A stretch of 64,000 bases of DNA, taken from positions 8,519 through 72,518 of the forward strand of contig JADFSO010000009.1 in the NCBI GenBank assembly GCA_022560735.1. Direction: 5' to 3'. Below, piece after piece: positions 37,864 through 47,885 of the stretch. Every line of letters begins with the position of its first letter. Positions within the stretch are counted from its first letter, which is position 1. The translations under genes were made by a program, and so were the position numbers. A model generated the notes under the pieces. That model did not search any database. It saw nothing but the letters and a program-made list of their open reading frames with translations, and was not told where the DNA came from. The stretch comes from Pseudomonadota bacterium (GTDB lineage: Bacteria > Pseudomonadota > Gammaproteobacteria > Steroidobacterales > MnTg04).

Positions 37864-39483
37864 ATGACTGACAAATTCGCAAAAATTCTGGCCACCTTGT
37901 TGTTGTCATCCGTGCTGCTCTCATGCGGCGACACCGAACCGCCGCTGCCGAAGCTGCTGTTCGTTGTGGAACCGGCGGTAAGTCCCGTTGCCACGCTGCC
38001 GCACGCCTGGGAGTTGACTGTCTCCACTACCTTGTTTACCGCAATCACGGCGGTGCTCGATGACGGCATGGGCCACACATATACGATCGAATTTAGTCCA
38101 CAGCGACGCGACCACGTCCTGACCGTGCTCGGAATGCGCCCCGGCCGAACCTATACCATGAGCGTCACCGCACACACGCTTGACGGCATCACCCTGGAAA
38201 CCACAGCACCATTGCAAGTGACAACCCCGCCGCTGCCGGCAAACTTCCCGGTAATCACTTTGCTGTCCGCCGACCCTGCCCTGATGGAAGCGGGTTTCAC
38301 GCTGATGGATACCGGACGCAAGGACGGCAGCGCTTCGTTTATCGTCATCGTGGACGATTCGGCAGAGGTTGTCTGGTATTTCCAGACCAACTCGCTGACG
38401 GAGACCGAGCGCATCGCATCGGGTAATTTCCTGTCCATCGACGAAGCCTCCGGCCTGATCCAGCTTATCAATGAAAGAGGCGAAATGGTCTCCGGACTGC
38501 ATTCGGTGCAGTCCCATCCGCCGACCGGCGCCAGTATCCCGGTCGATGTGGCCGAATTTCACGACGACGTCGTCAAACACAACCTGTTCGCCCAATACTT
38601 CACCAGTATTCGCGATGGGTCGCGTACCGTCGATAACTTTCCGCTTGACGAGAACGACCCCCTGGTGACCGGGACCGTAAACGTATTGGACGAGCCGATA
38701 ATCGAAATCGATCTCGATGGAAATATTCTCAACCGCTGGGATTTTCTCGATATGCTCAAGCCGACGCGTATCGGTTTTGACGGCACTTCCGGGTTACCGG
38801 CCGCGGCCGACTGGGCGCATGTCAATTCGGTCGCCTACAACGTAATCACAGACAACCTGATCGTATCGCTGAAACACCAGGACGCCGTGGTGAATTTCTC
38901 TCGCAGCGACGGTACGCTGAACTGGATCCTGGGCACGCCCGCCAACTGGCAGGGCTTCGAGCAATTTCTGCTGACCCCGGATGGCGGCGTCTTCAGCTGG
39001 CCCTACCATCAGCACGCCGTCGAAATCGTCGGCAATAACATCATCATGTTCGACAACGGCAACCGCCGCGCCAGCCCATTCACCGCCGAGCCGATCGTAG
39101 CCGCGGACGCCAATTCCAGCCGCGCCGTCGAGTACGCGATCGATACGGATACGATGCTCATTTCCCAGGTCTGGGAATGGGGTCTGGCGCAAAGCGGCGA
39201 ATCGCTTTATTCAACCATTGCCGGCGATGCCGACCGCCTGCCCAGAGGCAACACCCTGATAACCTTCGGCGGCCTGTGCGAGGAAAACGGGGTTCCCAGT
39301 GACAACCTGGCGCTTTGCCGCTCAACCGCGCGCGTCATCGAAGTCGAAACAGCGACCAGCGCGAAGGTGTTCGACATTTCGATCGATGACGCCGACCCGC
39401 TGTCTTCGGGTTATATCGTCAATCGCAGCGAACGGCTTGGCAATTTGTACCCGCTGGGTACAGTCACCATAACGGTGCCGTAA
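37864..39483 (+). CDS. Lipoprotein of the aryl-sulfate sulfotransferase (ASST) beta-propeller type
   Basis: Lipobox LLSSVLLSCG. DWAHVNSVAYNVITDNLIVSLKHQDAVVNFSRSDGTLNWILG resembles the ASST signature region. Confidence 0.5.
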   Translation: MTDKFAKILATLLLSSVLLSCGDTEPPLPKLLFVVEPAVSPVATLPHAWELTVSTTLFTAITAVLDDGMGHTYTIEFSPQRRDHVLTVLGMRPGRTYTMSVTAHTLDGITLETTAPLQVTTPPLPANFPVITLLSADPALMEAGFTLMDTGRKDGSASFIVIVDDSAEVVWYFQTNSLTETERIASGNFLSIDEASGLIQLINERGEMVSGLHSVQSHPPTGASIPVDVAEFHDDVVKHNLFAQYFTSIRDGSRTVDNFPLDENDPLVTGTVNVLDEPIIEIDLDGNILNRWDFLDMLKPTRIGFDGTSGLPAAADWAHVNSVAYNVITDNLIVSLKHQDAVVNFSRSDGTLNWILGTPANWQGFEQFLLTPDGGVFSWPYHQHAVEIVGNNIIMFDNGNRRASPFTAEPIVAADANSSRAVEYAIDTDTMLISQVWEWGLAQSGESLYSTIAGDADRLPRGNTLITFGGLCEENGVPSDNLALCRSTARVIEVETATSAKVFDISIDDADPLSSGYIVNRSERLGNLYPLGTVTITVP

Positions 39484-39540
39484 ATCTGACATCAGGTTGC
39501 TTCAACCGCGTACTCGACGGCACTATTTTTAGGAATTCGC

Positions 39541-40281
39541 TTGACCGAAAACCGCCAACGAACCATACGCAGCTTCGTAATGCGGATAGGCCGCATGACC
39601 GAATCCCAGGCGCGTGCAATTACCGATCTCTGGCCGGTGTTTGGCGTCGACCATGGGAAGAGCCCGCTGGATTTCACCCGGCTGTTTGGCCGCCCGGCGC
39701 CGGTCGTCGTCGAAATTGGATTCGGTAACGGTGAAAGCCTGGCGCAGCAGGCCGCCGACGAGCAGGAAGTCAATTTCCTGGGTATCGAGGTGCATCCGCC
39801 GGGTGTCGGTCACTTGCTGATCACGATTCGCCAACTCGAACTCAAAAATATCCGCATCAGCCGCGACGATGCGGTTGAAGTGCTGCGCGACCAGGTGGCG
39901 GATAACAGCCTGGCTGGAGTCAACTTGTTTTTTCCCGACCCCTGGCCAAAGAAACGCCATCACAAACGCCGCATCGTGCAAGCGAATTTCGTCAGCATGG
40001 TCGCGGCGAAATTGCAGCCCGGAGCGTTTTTCCACCTGGCGACCGACTGGCAGTCCTATGCCGAACATATGCTCGAAACGCTGGATCGCTGCCCGGATTT
40101 GCTCAACGAAGCCGGGGTCGGTTGCTTCAGCGAGCGGCTCGACAGCCGCACGCTGACCAAATTTGAAGCGCGCGGCCAGCGGCTCGGTCACGACGTCTGG
40201 GATTTGCGCTATCGTAAATCCGAACCCGGCCCGGCCATCAACGGGAAGGCCAGCGGAAAAACCGGGATGTCCTCCCGGTAG
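39541..40281 (+). CDS. trmB: tRNA (guanine46-N7)-methyltransferase
   Basis: TTG start. [54 protein letters not shown]. Confidence 0.9.
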   Translation: MTENRQRTIRSFVMRIGRMTESQARAITDLWPVFGVDHGKSPLDFTRLFGRPAPVVVEIGFGNGESLAQQAADEQEVNFLGIEVHPPGVGHLLITIRQLELKNIRISRDDAVEVLRDQVADNSLAGVNLFFPDPWPKKRHHKRRIVQANFVSMVAAKLQPGAFFHLATDWQSYAEHMLETLDRCPDLLNEAGVGCFSERLDSRTLTKFEARGQRLGHDVWDLRYRKSEPGPAINGKASGKTGMSSR

Positions 40282-40549
40282 CGTGCTTCATCCTGCTCCC
40301 TGAACGTTGTTGAACGCAATCCGGATTGCCGTGCAAAGACCATGTCCAGTGCAATGTTGTTCAACCATGATGCCCCGCACCATTCCGGTTTTTGTTTGCA
40401 CTAACACGCGCGCGGAGTATATTTACTTTGTGAGGAGTTTGCGCGCCGGAAAATATTCTGGTCCGCACGCTTCCGGGCAAGACATAAACTGCGTTCTGGC
40501 GCCACGAAAAATGCGGTGTCAGTCGCTGGAGCGATAATGGCGGACAGTC

Positions 40550-40843
40550 ATGAAGACTGTATATCCAGTTATCGGTGACTGGTATCGTCGCCCGGGTGGC
40601 CCGATTTTTGAGGTAGTGGCCACCGACGACGACGAAGGCAGCATCGAAATTCAGCATTTTGACGGCACCGTCGAAGAACTGGATATCGATGCCTGGAATG
40701 GCTCGGTTTTCCTGTCAGCTGAAGCGCCCGAAGACTGGTCGGGTTCGCTTGATATAGACCCGGCGGACAAGGTGCAGGATCAGGATGGCGCAAAAAGCCA
40801 GGACTGGGTTACGGCGATGGATTACGTTGACCACGCAGATTGA
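40550..40843 (+). CDS. Small acidic hypothetical protein
   Basis: 97-aa ORF with coding-like composition and no recognisable catalytic motif. Preceded by a 268-bp non-coding stretch. Confidence 0.45.
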   Translation: MKTVYPVIGDWYRRPGGPIFEVVATDDDEGSIEIQHFDGTVEELDIDAWNGSVFLSAEAPEDWSGSLDIDPADKVQDQDGAKSQDWVTAMDYVDHAD

Positions 40844-41027
40844 TACCAGGCGAACCGGTTGAGATGCGCGTACACGCGCGGCGGCAATCTATGTTGAGGA
40901 ATCGGCCCGCGTGCGGCCGGGCCGGCGATATCCGATAGCAGCGCTACCTCCTGTTTGCCGATGCGTTCCACTGGGTTTGTAGAATCCTCTCCTGCACAGA
41001 CTGCCGCCAATACCTTACCATTGGCCC

Positions 41028-42509
41028 ATGGCTGCATCCCAGACACCTTCCCTGCTGCGCTCAAAATTTTTCTGGGTGGGCGTTTTGTATTTTGCCCAGG
41101 GATTCCCGGCGGGCGTTTTCTATGAAATTCTCCCGGTACATTTTCGCAGCGCCGGTTCGTCGCTGACCGATATCGGGTTTTTGAGTCTGTTGGGCCTGGC
41201 CTGGACGCTGAAGTTTCTGTGGGCGCCGGCGATCACCCATTACCGGCGCCATCGGCGCTGGATGTTCGTCATGGATGCGTTGATGGCATTGCAAATGGCG
41301 TTTTTTGCATCCGCCGCAGGTATCGGCGATTGGGTCTGGATCGCGGTCGGGCTGTTTACGGTTTTTTCCGCAACCAACGACATTGCGATCGACGGCTACA
41401 CGATCGAAATGCTCAACCAGGATGAGATGGGATTCGCCAACGGGCTGCGCATCGGATTTTACCGCGTGGGTCTGCTTAGCACGGGCGGCTTGCTGATGCT
41501 GCAGGGACAACTGGGATGGAGCGGCGTATATGCCGGCGCAGCGATGTTGCTGGTGGCCGCCGGGTTTGCCTGTCTGCAGGCGCCAAAGGAGAAGGACTAC
41601 GCGCCACCCGACGGCCTGACACTGAAGGAGGAAATTCGGGCAATTCTCGCCAGTCCATTCGCGTTTTCCGCGGTCATTCTTTTTCTGCTGGGTACCGTCT
41701 GGATGGCCAACCGCACAACCGATTGGTCGGAAACCTACGAGGACTTCTGGCTGGTCGCCGTGGGCATCGCGGCCACGCTGATTATCCTCGACCTGCTGGC
41801 CAAGGCGCTGAGGACAAAGGACGAATCCACGGCGACTGATCTGAGCCAGGGCCCAATGTTTGGCGCGTTGCTCGACATGATGAAACGCCCCGGCATGCTG
41901 CTGGTGCTGTTTTTCATCCTGACTTTCAAGCTCGCGGATACCTCGATGGGTTTTATGATCAAGCCGTTTTGGGTCGACGCGGGTTTCACGCCGGCCCAGA
42001 TCGGCCTGGTATCGGTCAATATCGGCATCGGTCTGTCGGTGGTCGGCGGGCTTAGCGGTGGCTGGATCACGGACCGGATCGGAATTTTTCACGCGCTGTG
42101 GTCGCTGGGTCTGACCCAGGCCGTTTCCAACCTCGGCTATGCCTGGGTCGCCAGCGTATTGCCGGTGGGGGCGAATGTGGTGCCAGGCGGTGGTGAGAAA
42201 ATCATCATGTATGCGGCGAGCGGCATCGAATCCTTCACCCAGGGACTGGGCACCGCCGCGTTTCTCGCATTCCTGATGGCGATCGTGAACAAGCGGCGGT
42301 CGGCCACCGAGTACGCGCTGCTATCGGCGATTTTTATCCTGAGCCGATCGGTCGCCGGTTGGGCTGGCGGGTTCGGCGCCGAGGCGATGGGTTATGCCGA
42401 CTACTTCCTGCTGACTTTTTTCCTGGCCTTCCCGGCCTACCTCTTGCTGCCGTGGGTCAAGGGCATGTTGAAATACGCGGCCAGCCGCAGCGACTGGGAC
42501 CAGACCTGA
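41028..42509 (+). CDS. ampG: AmpG-family MFS permease (muropeptide transporter-like)
   Basis: 493 aa, polytopic. IGFLSLLGLAWTLKFLWAPAI resembles the AmpG signature IGFFSLVGQAYVFKFLWSP. Confidence 0.7.
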   Translation: MAASQTPSLLRSKFFWVGVLYFAQGFPAGVFYEILPVHFRSAGSSLTDIGFLSLLGLAWTLKFLWAPAITHYRRHRRWMFVMDALMALQMAFFASAAGIGDWVWIAVGLFTVFSATNDIAIDGYTIEMLNQDEMGFANGLRIGFYRVGLLSTGGLLMLQGQLGWSGVYAGAAMLLVAAGFACLQAPKEKDYAPPDGLTLKEEIRAILASPFAFSAVILFLLGTVWMANRTTDWSETYEDFWLVAVGIAATLIILDLLAKALRTKDESTATDLSQGPMFGALLDMMKRPGMLLVLFFILTFKLADTSMGFMIKPFWVDAGFTPAQIGLVSVNIGIGLSVVGGLSGGWITDRIGIFHALWSLGLTQAVSNLGYAWVASVLPVGANVVPGGGEKIIMYAASGIESFTQGLGTAAFLAFLMAIVNKRRSATEYALLSAIFILSRSVAGWAGGFGAEAMGYADYFLLTFFLAFPAYLLLPWVKGMLKYAASRSDWDQT

Positions 42510-42510
42510 C

Positions 42511-43287
42511 TCAAAGCTCATAGTCCAGGGTCAGCGGCGCGTGATCCGAGAAACGCCGGGCACGAAAAATTTCCGCAGCCCGGACCTTGCCTTTCAGCCC
42601 CGGCGTGACGACCTGGTAATCGATGCGCCACCCTACATTATTATCCCACGCGCGGCCGCGATTCGACCACCAGGTATATTGCTCCGCCTCGGAGTTGATT
42701 TCGCGAAAGGCATCGACATACCCCTCTGCAAACAATTGATCCATCCAGGCACGTTCCTCGGGCAGGAAACCTGAATTCTTTTGGTTGGCCTTCCAGTTTT
42801 TGAGATCTATCTCCCGGTGAGCGATATTCCAGTCGCCACAGAGTATGTATTCGCGGCGCTTTCTTCTGAGCTTCCTGAGATGCGGCATGAGCAAATCCAG
42901 AAAGCGGAATTTCTTTGCCTGGCGTTCCTCACTGGATGAACCGGAGGGGAGATACAGCGAAACTACGCTCAGTTTACCGAACTGTGCTTCCAGGTAGCGC
43001 GCCTCGTGATCGAATTCCGCCCAGCCCAGGCCGCGGATAATTCTGTCGGGCTTGCGCCGCGAATAAATCGCAACGCCACTGTAGCCTTTTTTGTCCGCAT
43101 CGAGATATTCGCAGTGATAACCGGCCGGACTAAACACCGGGTCGTCGAGCTGCTGGATCTGCGCCCTGATTTCCTGGACGCATACCACATCCGGTTTTTT
43201 CGCCGCCATCCAGTCGAAGAAACCCTTGCGCGCCGCCGCCCGGATACCGTTGACATTGATTGAGATCACCCTGAATCGGCTTGCCAA
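42511..43287 (-). CDS. xthA: Exodeoxyribonuclease III
   Basis: RVISINVNGIRAAARKGFFDW..VVCVQE..GYSGVAIY..CGDWNIAH..SDHAPL. Probable TTG start at 43287 (GGAGG SD); an ATG at 43320 is the alternative. The track ORF extends spuriously to 43758, across pyrE. Confidence 0.85.
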   Translation of the reverse strand: MASRFRVISINVNGIRAAARKGFFDWMAAKKPDVVCVQEIRAQIQQLDDPVFSPAGYHCEYLDADKKGYSGVAIYSRRKPDRIIRGLGWAEFDHEARYLEAQFGKLSVVSLYLPSGSSSEERQAKKFRFLDLLMPHLRKLRRKRREYILCGDWNIAHREIDLKNWKANQKNSGFLPEERAWMDQLFAEGYVDAFREINSEAEQYTWWSNRGRAWDNNVGWRIDYQVVTPGLKGKVRAAEIFRARRFSDHAPLTLDYEL

Positions 43288-43353
43288 AACTGTCCTCCGG
43301 AAAATGGGAGCGTGTATCATAGCGGCCTGGTGTCCGGTATGCAGCGGTAGATT

Positions 43354-44007
43354 GTGAAAGCTCACCAAAAAGAATTTCTCGACCTGGCGATGGAAATGGG
43401 CGCGTTGCGGTTCGGGGAGTTCACCCTTAAATCGGGTCGGGTCAGCCCGTATTTTTTTAACGCGGGTCTTTTTTGCAGCGGCCGCGCGATGGCGGTGCTG
43501 GGCCGTTGCTACGCACAATCCATCGTCGACTCCGGACTGCAGTTCGATATGTTGTTTGGCCCCGCCTACAAGGGCATTCCGCTGGCCGCGGTCACGGTGG
43601 CGGCACTGGCGGAGAAATTCGATCGCGACCCGGGCTGGGCCTACAACCGAAAGGAGGCCAAGGAACATGGCGAAGGCGGTATGATCGTCGGTGCGCCGCT
43701 GGCCGGACGAGTATTGATCCTGGATGATGTCATCACTGCGGGAACGGCAATTCGCCAAGCCGTCGAGATCATTCGCAATGCCGGGGCCAAGGCAATAGGC
43801 GTCGCCATTGCGCTGGACCGCGAGGAGCGCGGCCAGGGGGAATTATCGGCGGTACAGGAGGTCGAACAGGAACTGGGGATGGAAGTCATTCGAATTGTCG
43901 GTCTGTCAGACCTGATCGCCATGCTGGCAGGCGATAATAATCACGAGGCCGAACTGGCTGCAGTCAGCAGTTACCGGGACCGGTACGGCAGCAAGGCCGG
44001 AGCCTGA
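43354..44007 (+). CDS. pyrE: Orotate phosphoribosyltransferase
   Basis: 217 aa, GTG start. [42 protein letters not shown]. Confidence 0.95.
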   Translation: MKAHQKEFLDLAMEMGALRFGEFTLKSGRVSPYFFNAGLFCSGRAMAVLGRCYAQSIVDSGLQFDMLFGPAYKGIPLAAVTVAALAEKFDRDPGWAYNRKEAKEHGEGGMIVGAPLAGRVLILDDVITAGTAIRQAVEIIRNAGAKAIGVAIALDREERGQGELSAVQEVEQELGMEVIRIVGLSDLIAMLAGDNNHEAELAAVSSYRDRYGSKAGA

Positions 44008-44074
44008 AACCGTTTTTGGCAAAACTGTGAACTGAGGGTCTTTGCGAACGCCGGGACTGTGGTATACGAACCCT

Positions 44075-44713
44075 ATGAAAAGTATAGCGTTTTACAGTTT
44101 GACTATGTTTGCAGGCCTGGCTCTGACCGGGATGGCGACCGCAGCCGATACCTATCGCTGGGTCGACGAACAAGGCATCGTCCATTATGGCGACACCGTA
44201 CCGTCTGAGTCTGCCAGATACGATCAGCAGGTTCTCAATAGTCAGGGCGTCACGATCAGCATCATCGAAGGTTACCGGACGCAAGAGCAACGCGAGGAGC
44301 AGGCGCGCATCCGCTACGAGCAGGAGCGCATCGCCAGGGAGAAAGCGAAGCGCCAGGCCCGCGATTCCGTATTGCTGAATACCTATCTTTCCGTCGAGGA
44401 AATCGAGCGGCTGCGCGACCGTCGCCTGGAATTGCTGCGTGCCCAGTCCATGGTCACCGAACAATACCTTGGCACGCTGAACGCCAGGCTCAGGGGGCTG
44501 GAGGAAGAAGCGACCAAGTTCAACTATCCCTATGATCTCGACTCCGATCTGCCCCCGTTGCCGGAAAACCTGGCGATGGAAATGGTGCAAACACTGGAGG
44601 CGGTCGCACAGTACGAGTCCAACCTGCAGACCAAGCGTGAGGAGCAGGGCAGCCTGGATGCCCTGTTCAACATGGACATCGAGCGCTTCAAGGATCTGAA
44701 AGGCATCGAGTAA
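44075..44713 (+). CDS. DUF4124-domain secreted protein with coiled-coil tail
   Basis: Start MKSIAFYSLTMFAGLALTGMATA (signal peptide). YRWVDEQGIVHYGDTVP is the DUF4124 hallmark. Confidence 0.7.
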   Translation: MKSIAFYSLTMFAGLALTGMATAADTYRWVDEQGIVHYGDTVPSESARYDQQVLNSQGVTISIIEGYRTQEQREEQARIRYEQERIAREKAKRQARDSVLLNTYLSVEEIERLRDRRLELLRAQSMVTEQYLGTLNARLRGLEEEATKFNYPYDLDSDLPPLPENLAMEMVQTLEAVAQYESNLQTKREEQGSLDALFNMDIERFKDLKGIE

Positions 44714-44749
44714 AAAGCCGCAAACCAGTGCGAGCCGTCATTTGCAGAC

Positions 44750-45205
44750 TTAATGACGGCCTGAGTGGCCGAAACCGCCGTCTCCGCGTGCGCTCTTCAC
44801 GAACTCTTCGACCACTTCGAACTCGGCGTGAACGATCGGCAATATGACCATCTGTGCAATGCGTTCCCCCGGTTCTATCGTGAACGGCTTGAGACCGCGA
44901 TTCCAGCAGGAAACAAAAATCTGCCCCTGGTAATCGGAGTCGATCAAACCGGTAAGATTACCGAGAACGATACCGTGCTTGTGTCCAAGCCCGGACCGCG
45001 GCAGCAATACCGCCGCAAGACCCGGATCGTCCAGGTGTATCGCAATCCCGGTCGGGATCAACTCGGTCTGCCCCGGCTCCAGTGTTAGCGGCTCGTCCAG
45101 GCAGGCACGCAGATCGACGCCGGCGGATCCTGCCGTCGCCGGCTCCGGCAACGGGTACTCGCCACCGATCCTGGCATCCATGATTTTTAGCTGTATTTTA
45201 CTCAT
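44750..45205 (-). CDS. dut: dUTP diphosphatase
   Basis: 151 aa. [44 protein letters not shown]. Confidence 0.95.
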   Translation of the reverse strand: MSKIQLKIMDARIGGEYPLPEPATAGSAGVDLRACLDEPLTLEPGQTELIPTGIAIHLDDPGLAAVLLPRSGLGHKHGIVLGNLTGLIDSDYQGQIFVSCWNRGLKPFTIEPGERIAQMVILPIVHAEFEVVEEFVKSARGDGGFGHSGRH

Positions 45206-45226
45206 TCCGGCTGGGTTCCCTTGTCG

Positions 45227-46414
45227 CTATTCTGCTTTACCGGCCAGGCGGTTTGCGATCAGCTCCACCAGTTTGCGCGCGAGAATCAGTTTGTCCTCGG
45301 TGGCAAAATGCTTTTTACCCTCCGGCCAGTACGCCGTCAGGGAATTGACCGGCACCTCGAAACCGAGCCCCGGACCCACCTGGTTCGCAAAAATCATGTC
45401 CAGGCGTTTGTTTTTCATCTTGGCCAGCGCATTGGCCTCCACATCGTCAGTTTCGGCGGCGAACCCAACACAAAATGGCCGATTCTTGCTCGCAGCGACC
45501 CCGGCGAGGATATCGGGTGCGGCTTTCAAGGCTATCGACATATCGGCCCCGTCCTTTTTAATTTTTTTGCTCTGGAACGAAGCCGGCTGGTAATCGGATA
45601 CCGCCGCCGCAGCGATAAATACATCCGCCCCTGGCAACGCCTCGCTTACCGCCTCATGCATTTGCTCAGCGCTTTCCACATCGACCCTGTCGATGCCGGG
45701 TGCGGCAGTCAGATAAACCGGGCCGCTGATCAGTATTACTGTGGCGCCGGCCTCGGCCGCCGCCTGCGCCATCGCAAAACCCATGCGGCCGGAACTGCGG
45801 TTGCTGATATAACGGACCGGGTCCAGCGCTTCCCGGGTCGGGCCGGCGGTAACCACGATTTTCCTGCCGGCAAGCGCCCTGCCGCCGGTCAGACGCATGG
45901 CGATATCCAGCGGTTCCAGCATTCGCCCGGAACCGACTTCGCCGCAGGCCTGGTCACCCTCATCCGGTCCAAGCAGCGTAATGCCGCGCTCCCGCAGCTG
46001 CGCGCAATTCGCCTGGGTCGCCGAGTTGGCCCACATCTGCTGGTTCATCGCAGGCGCTAGAAACAACGGCGCTTGGCTCGCCAGGCACAAAGTGCCCAGC
46101 AGGTCGTCCGCCGAGCCGCTGGCCAGCCGGGCGATCAGGTTGGCGGTTGCCGGTGCGATCAGGATCAGATCCGCCCAGCGAGCCAGTTCGATATGCCCCA
46201 TCGCCGATTCTGCGTGTTCATCCCACAAATCGGTGCGCACCGGCCAATCCGAAACGGCCTGCAGGGTTAACGGGGTGATAAAACGTTGCGCGCCTTCGGT
46301 CATCACGACGCGTACTTCTGCCCCCCGCTGGCGCAGCCGGCGCACGAGGTCGGGGCTCTTGTAGGCGGCGATGCCGCCGCTGACGCCCAACAAAATTTTT
46401 CTGGCTTCAGGCAT
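45227..46414 (-). CDS. coaBC: Bifunctional phosphopantothenoylcysteine decarboxylase / phosphopantothenate-cysteine ligase
   Basis: Start [19 protein letters not shown] at 46414. [28 protein letters not shown]. The track start at 46618 adds a non-homologous extension. Confidence 0.95.
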   Translation of the reverse strand: MPEARKILLGVSGGIAAYKSPDLVRRLRQRGAEVRVVMTEGAQRFITPLTLQAVSDWPVRTDLWDEHAESAMGHIELARWADLILIAPATANLIARLASGSADDLLGTLCLASQAPLFLAPAMNQQMWANSATQANCAQLRERGITLLGPDEGDQACGEVGSGRMLEPLDIAMRLTGGRALAGRKIVVTAGPTREALDPVRYISNRSSGRMGFAMAQAAAEAGATVILISGPVYLTAAPGIDRVDVESAEQMHEAVSEALPGADVFIAAAAVSDYQPASFQSKKIKKDGADMSIALKAAPDILAGVAASKNRPFCVGFAAETDDVEANALAKMKNKRLDMIFANQVGPGLGFEVPVNSLTAYWPEGKKHFATEDKLILARKLVELIANRLAGKAE

Positions 46415-46561
46415 AGGGGCGGCATTATCCCCGCTCACCGTGACGCGCGCCAGCAAAGCGCCATTTTGAGCGATATTCAGGCCCGGACGGGCAGATTCCC
46501 ACGGTGTATGCGCGTTCGCTTCATGACACGCTTTCGGCTGGTGGTTTCCCGGGAGCTGACG

Positions 46562-47236
46562 ATGGGTATTCGCGATTGGCCAAAAAACGAGCGTCCACGC
46601 GAGCGGCTGCTGGCACACGGCGCAGAGGCCGTATCGGAAGCCGAGTTGCTGGCCTGCTGGCTGGGCTCGGGCAGCCGTGGTTCATCGGCGATCGACCTGG
46701 CTCGCAGCCTGCTATCCAGGTTTGGCGGCCTGCGCGGCCTTTTTCATGCTTCAAAGGACGAACTATGCGAGCAACAGGGTTTTGGCCCGGCGCGCTACGT
46801 CCAGATGCAGGCCTGGCTGGAATTGTCGCGGCGCTATCTTGCGGAAACCCTGCCCAGGGGCCCCGAACTGACCAGCCCCGGCGCCACCAGCCGATTCCTG
46901 CAAGCCAAACTCAGGGACCTCGACCATGAGCTTTTTTGCGCACTGTTCCTGGACAATCGTCACCGGGTGATTCGTTTTCAGCCCCTTTTCCGCGGCACCA
47001 TCGATGGCGCCAGCGTGCATCCGCGGGATGTCGTCAAACAGGCCCTGGCGCTCAATGCCGCCGCAATGATACTTGCCCATAACCACCCGTCCGGGGTGGC
47101 CGAGCCGAGCCAGGCGGATCACCTGATCACCCGGCGATTACGGGATGCGCTGGCGCTGGTGGATATTCGCGTCCTCGATCACCTGGTGGTCGGCGATGGA
47201 ACCTGCTTTTCCTTTGCCGAACAGGGGTTTTTGTAA
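46562..47236 (+). CDS. radC: RadC-family (JAB/MPN) protein
   Basis: Start [17 protein letters not shown] at 46562. JAB motif [14 protein letters not shown]. Typical position next to coaBC and rpmB. Confidence 0.9.
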   Translation: MGIRDWPKNERPRERLLAHGAEAVSEAELLACWLGSGSRGSSAIDLARSLLSRFGGLRGLFHASKDELCEQQGFGPARYVQMQAWLELSRRYLAETLPRGPELTSPGATSRFLQAKLRDLDHELFCALFLDNRHRVIRFQPLFRGTIDGASVHPRDVVKQALALNAAAMILAHNHPSGVAEPSQADHLITRRLRDALALVDIRVLDHLVVGDGTCFSFAEQGFL

Positions 47237-47280
47237 GCCGGGCTACAGGCAGATCAGCCTTCTCCAGCACCCGGTTTTTC

Positions 47281-47309
47281 TTGCGCGCAGCCCGCCATAC
47301 TGGTATAAA
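47281..47309 (+). promoter_or_regulatory. Candidate sigma70 promoter of rpmB-rpmG
   Basis: TTGCGC (47281..47286), 17-nt spacer, TATAAA (47304..47309), about 65 nt upstream of the rpmB ATG. Confidence 0.4.
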
Positions 47310-47373
47310 GTCCCGCTTTTCGCCAACCCGGCGCGGTCGGGTCGGCATTCGTTAGAACCAAGGATTCGAGACC

Positions 47374-47610
47374 ATGTCCAGAGTATGTCAGGTCACCGGC
47401 AAGCGGCCGATGGCCGGGAACAATGTTTCCCATGCCAACAACCACAACAAGCGCCGGTTTTTGCCGAATTTGCACAAGCATCGCTTCTGGCTGGAAAGCG
47501 AGAAACGCTTCGTACGGCTGAAAGTATCGGCCAAGGGCATGCGAATCATCGATAAATTCGGCATCGAAAAGGTGGTCGGCGATCTGCGTGCGCGCGGTGA
47601 GAAAGTCTGA
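47374..47610 (+). CDS. rpmB: 50S ribosomal protein L28
   Basis: [33 protein letters not shown]. Confidence 0.97.
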   Translation: MSRVCQVTGKRPMAGNNVSHANNHNKRRFLPNLHKHRFWLESEKRFVRLKVSAKGMRIIDKFGIEKVVGDLRARGEKV

Positions 47611-47655
47611 GCCCGATCCGGTTTATTGCTGTCGCCAGCGGATGAGGAATTAATT

Positions 47656-47811
47656 ATGAGAGACAAAATCAGGTTGGTATCGTCCGCTGGAACCGGGCAT
47701 TTCTACACCACGACGAAGAACAAGCGCCTGCATCCGGAAAAGGTCGAGATCAAGAAATACGACCCCACGATCCGCAAGCACGTGATCTACAAGGAAGCCA
47801 AGATCAAATAA
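47656..47811 (+). CDS. rpmG: 50S ribosomal protein L33
   Basis: Start [24 protein letters not shown] at 47656; 51 aa. Confidence 0.95.
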   Translation: MRDKIRLVSSAGTGHFYTTTKNKRLHPEKVEIKKYDPTIRKHVIYKEAKIK

Positions 47812-47835
47812 GTATTGATTAGGAAGAGCGGATAC

Positions 47836-47867
47836 AAAAAGAACCCGCCTGTTGGCGGGTTTTTTTG
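47836..47867. terminator. Bidirectional rho-independent terminator (rpmG / desaturase)
   Basis: AAAAAG-AACCCGCC-TGTT-GGCGGGTT-TTTTT. A-run and T-run flank an 8-bp GC stem between convergent genes. Confidence 0.75.
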
Positions 47868-47885
47868 TAATTCGAGGGTTTTTTG

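Noticed and set aside
40316-40329. Perfect 14-bp palindrome GCAATCCGGATTGC as a candidate operator
   Set aside because: A 7+7 perfect palindrome is expected by chance a few times in 64 kb (about 64000 x 4^-7), and it matches no consensus I know.
41061-42092. 343-aa ORF antisense to the ampG-like gene
   Set aside because: The plus-strand product is a coherent 12+ TM MFS permease, whereas the antisense translation is Arg/Gln/His-rich nonsense.
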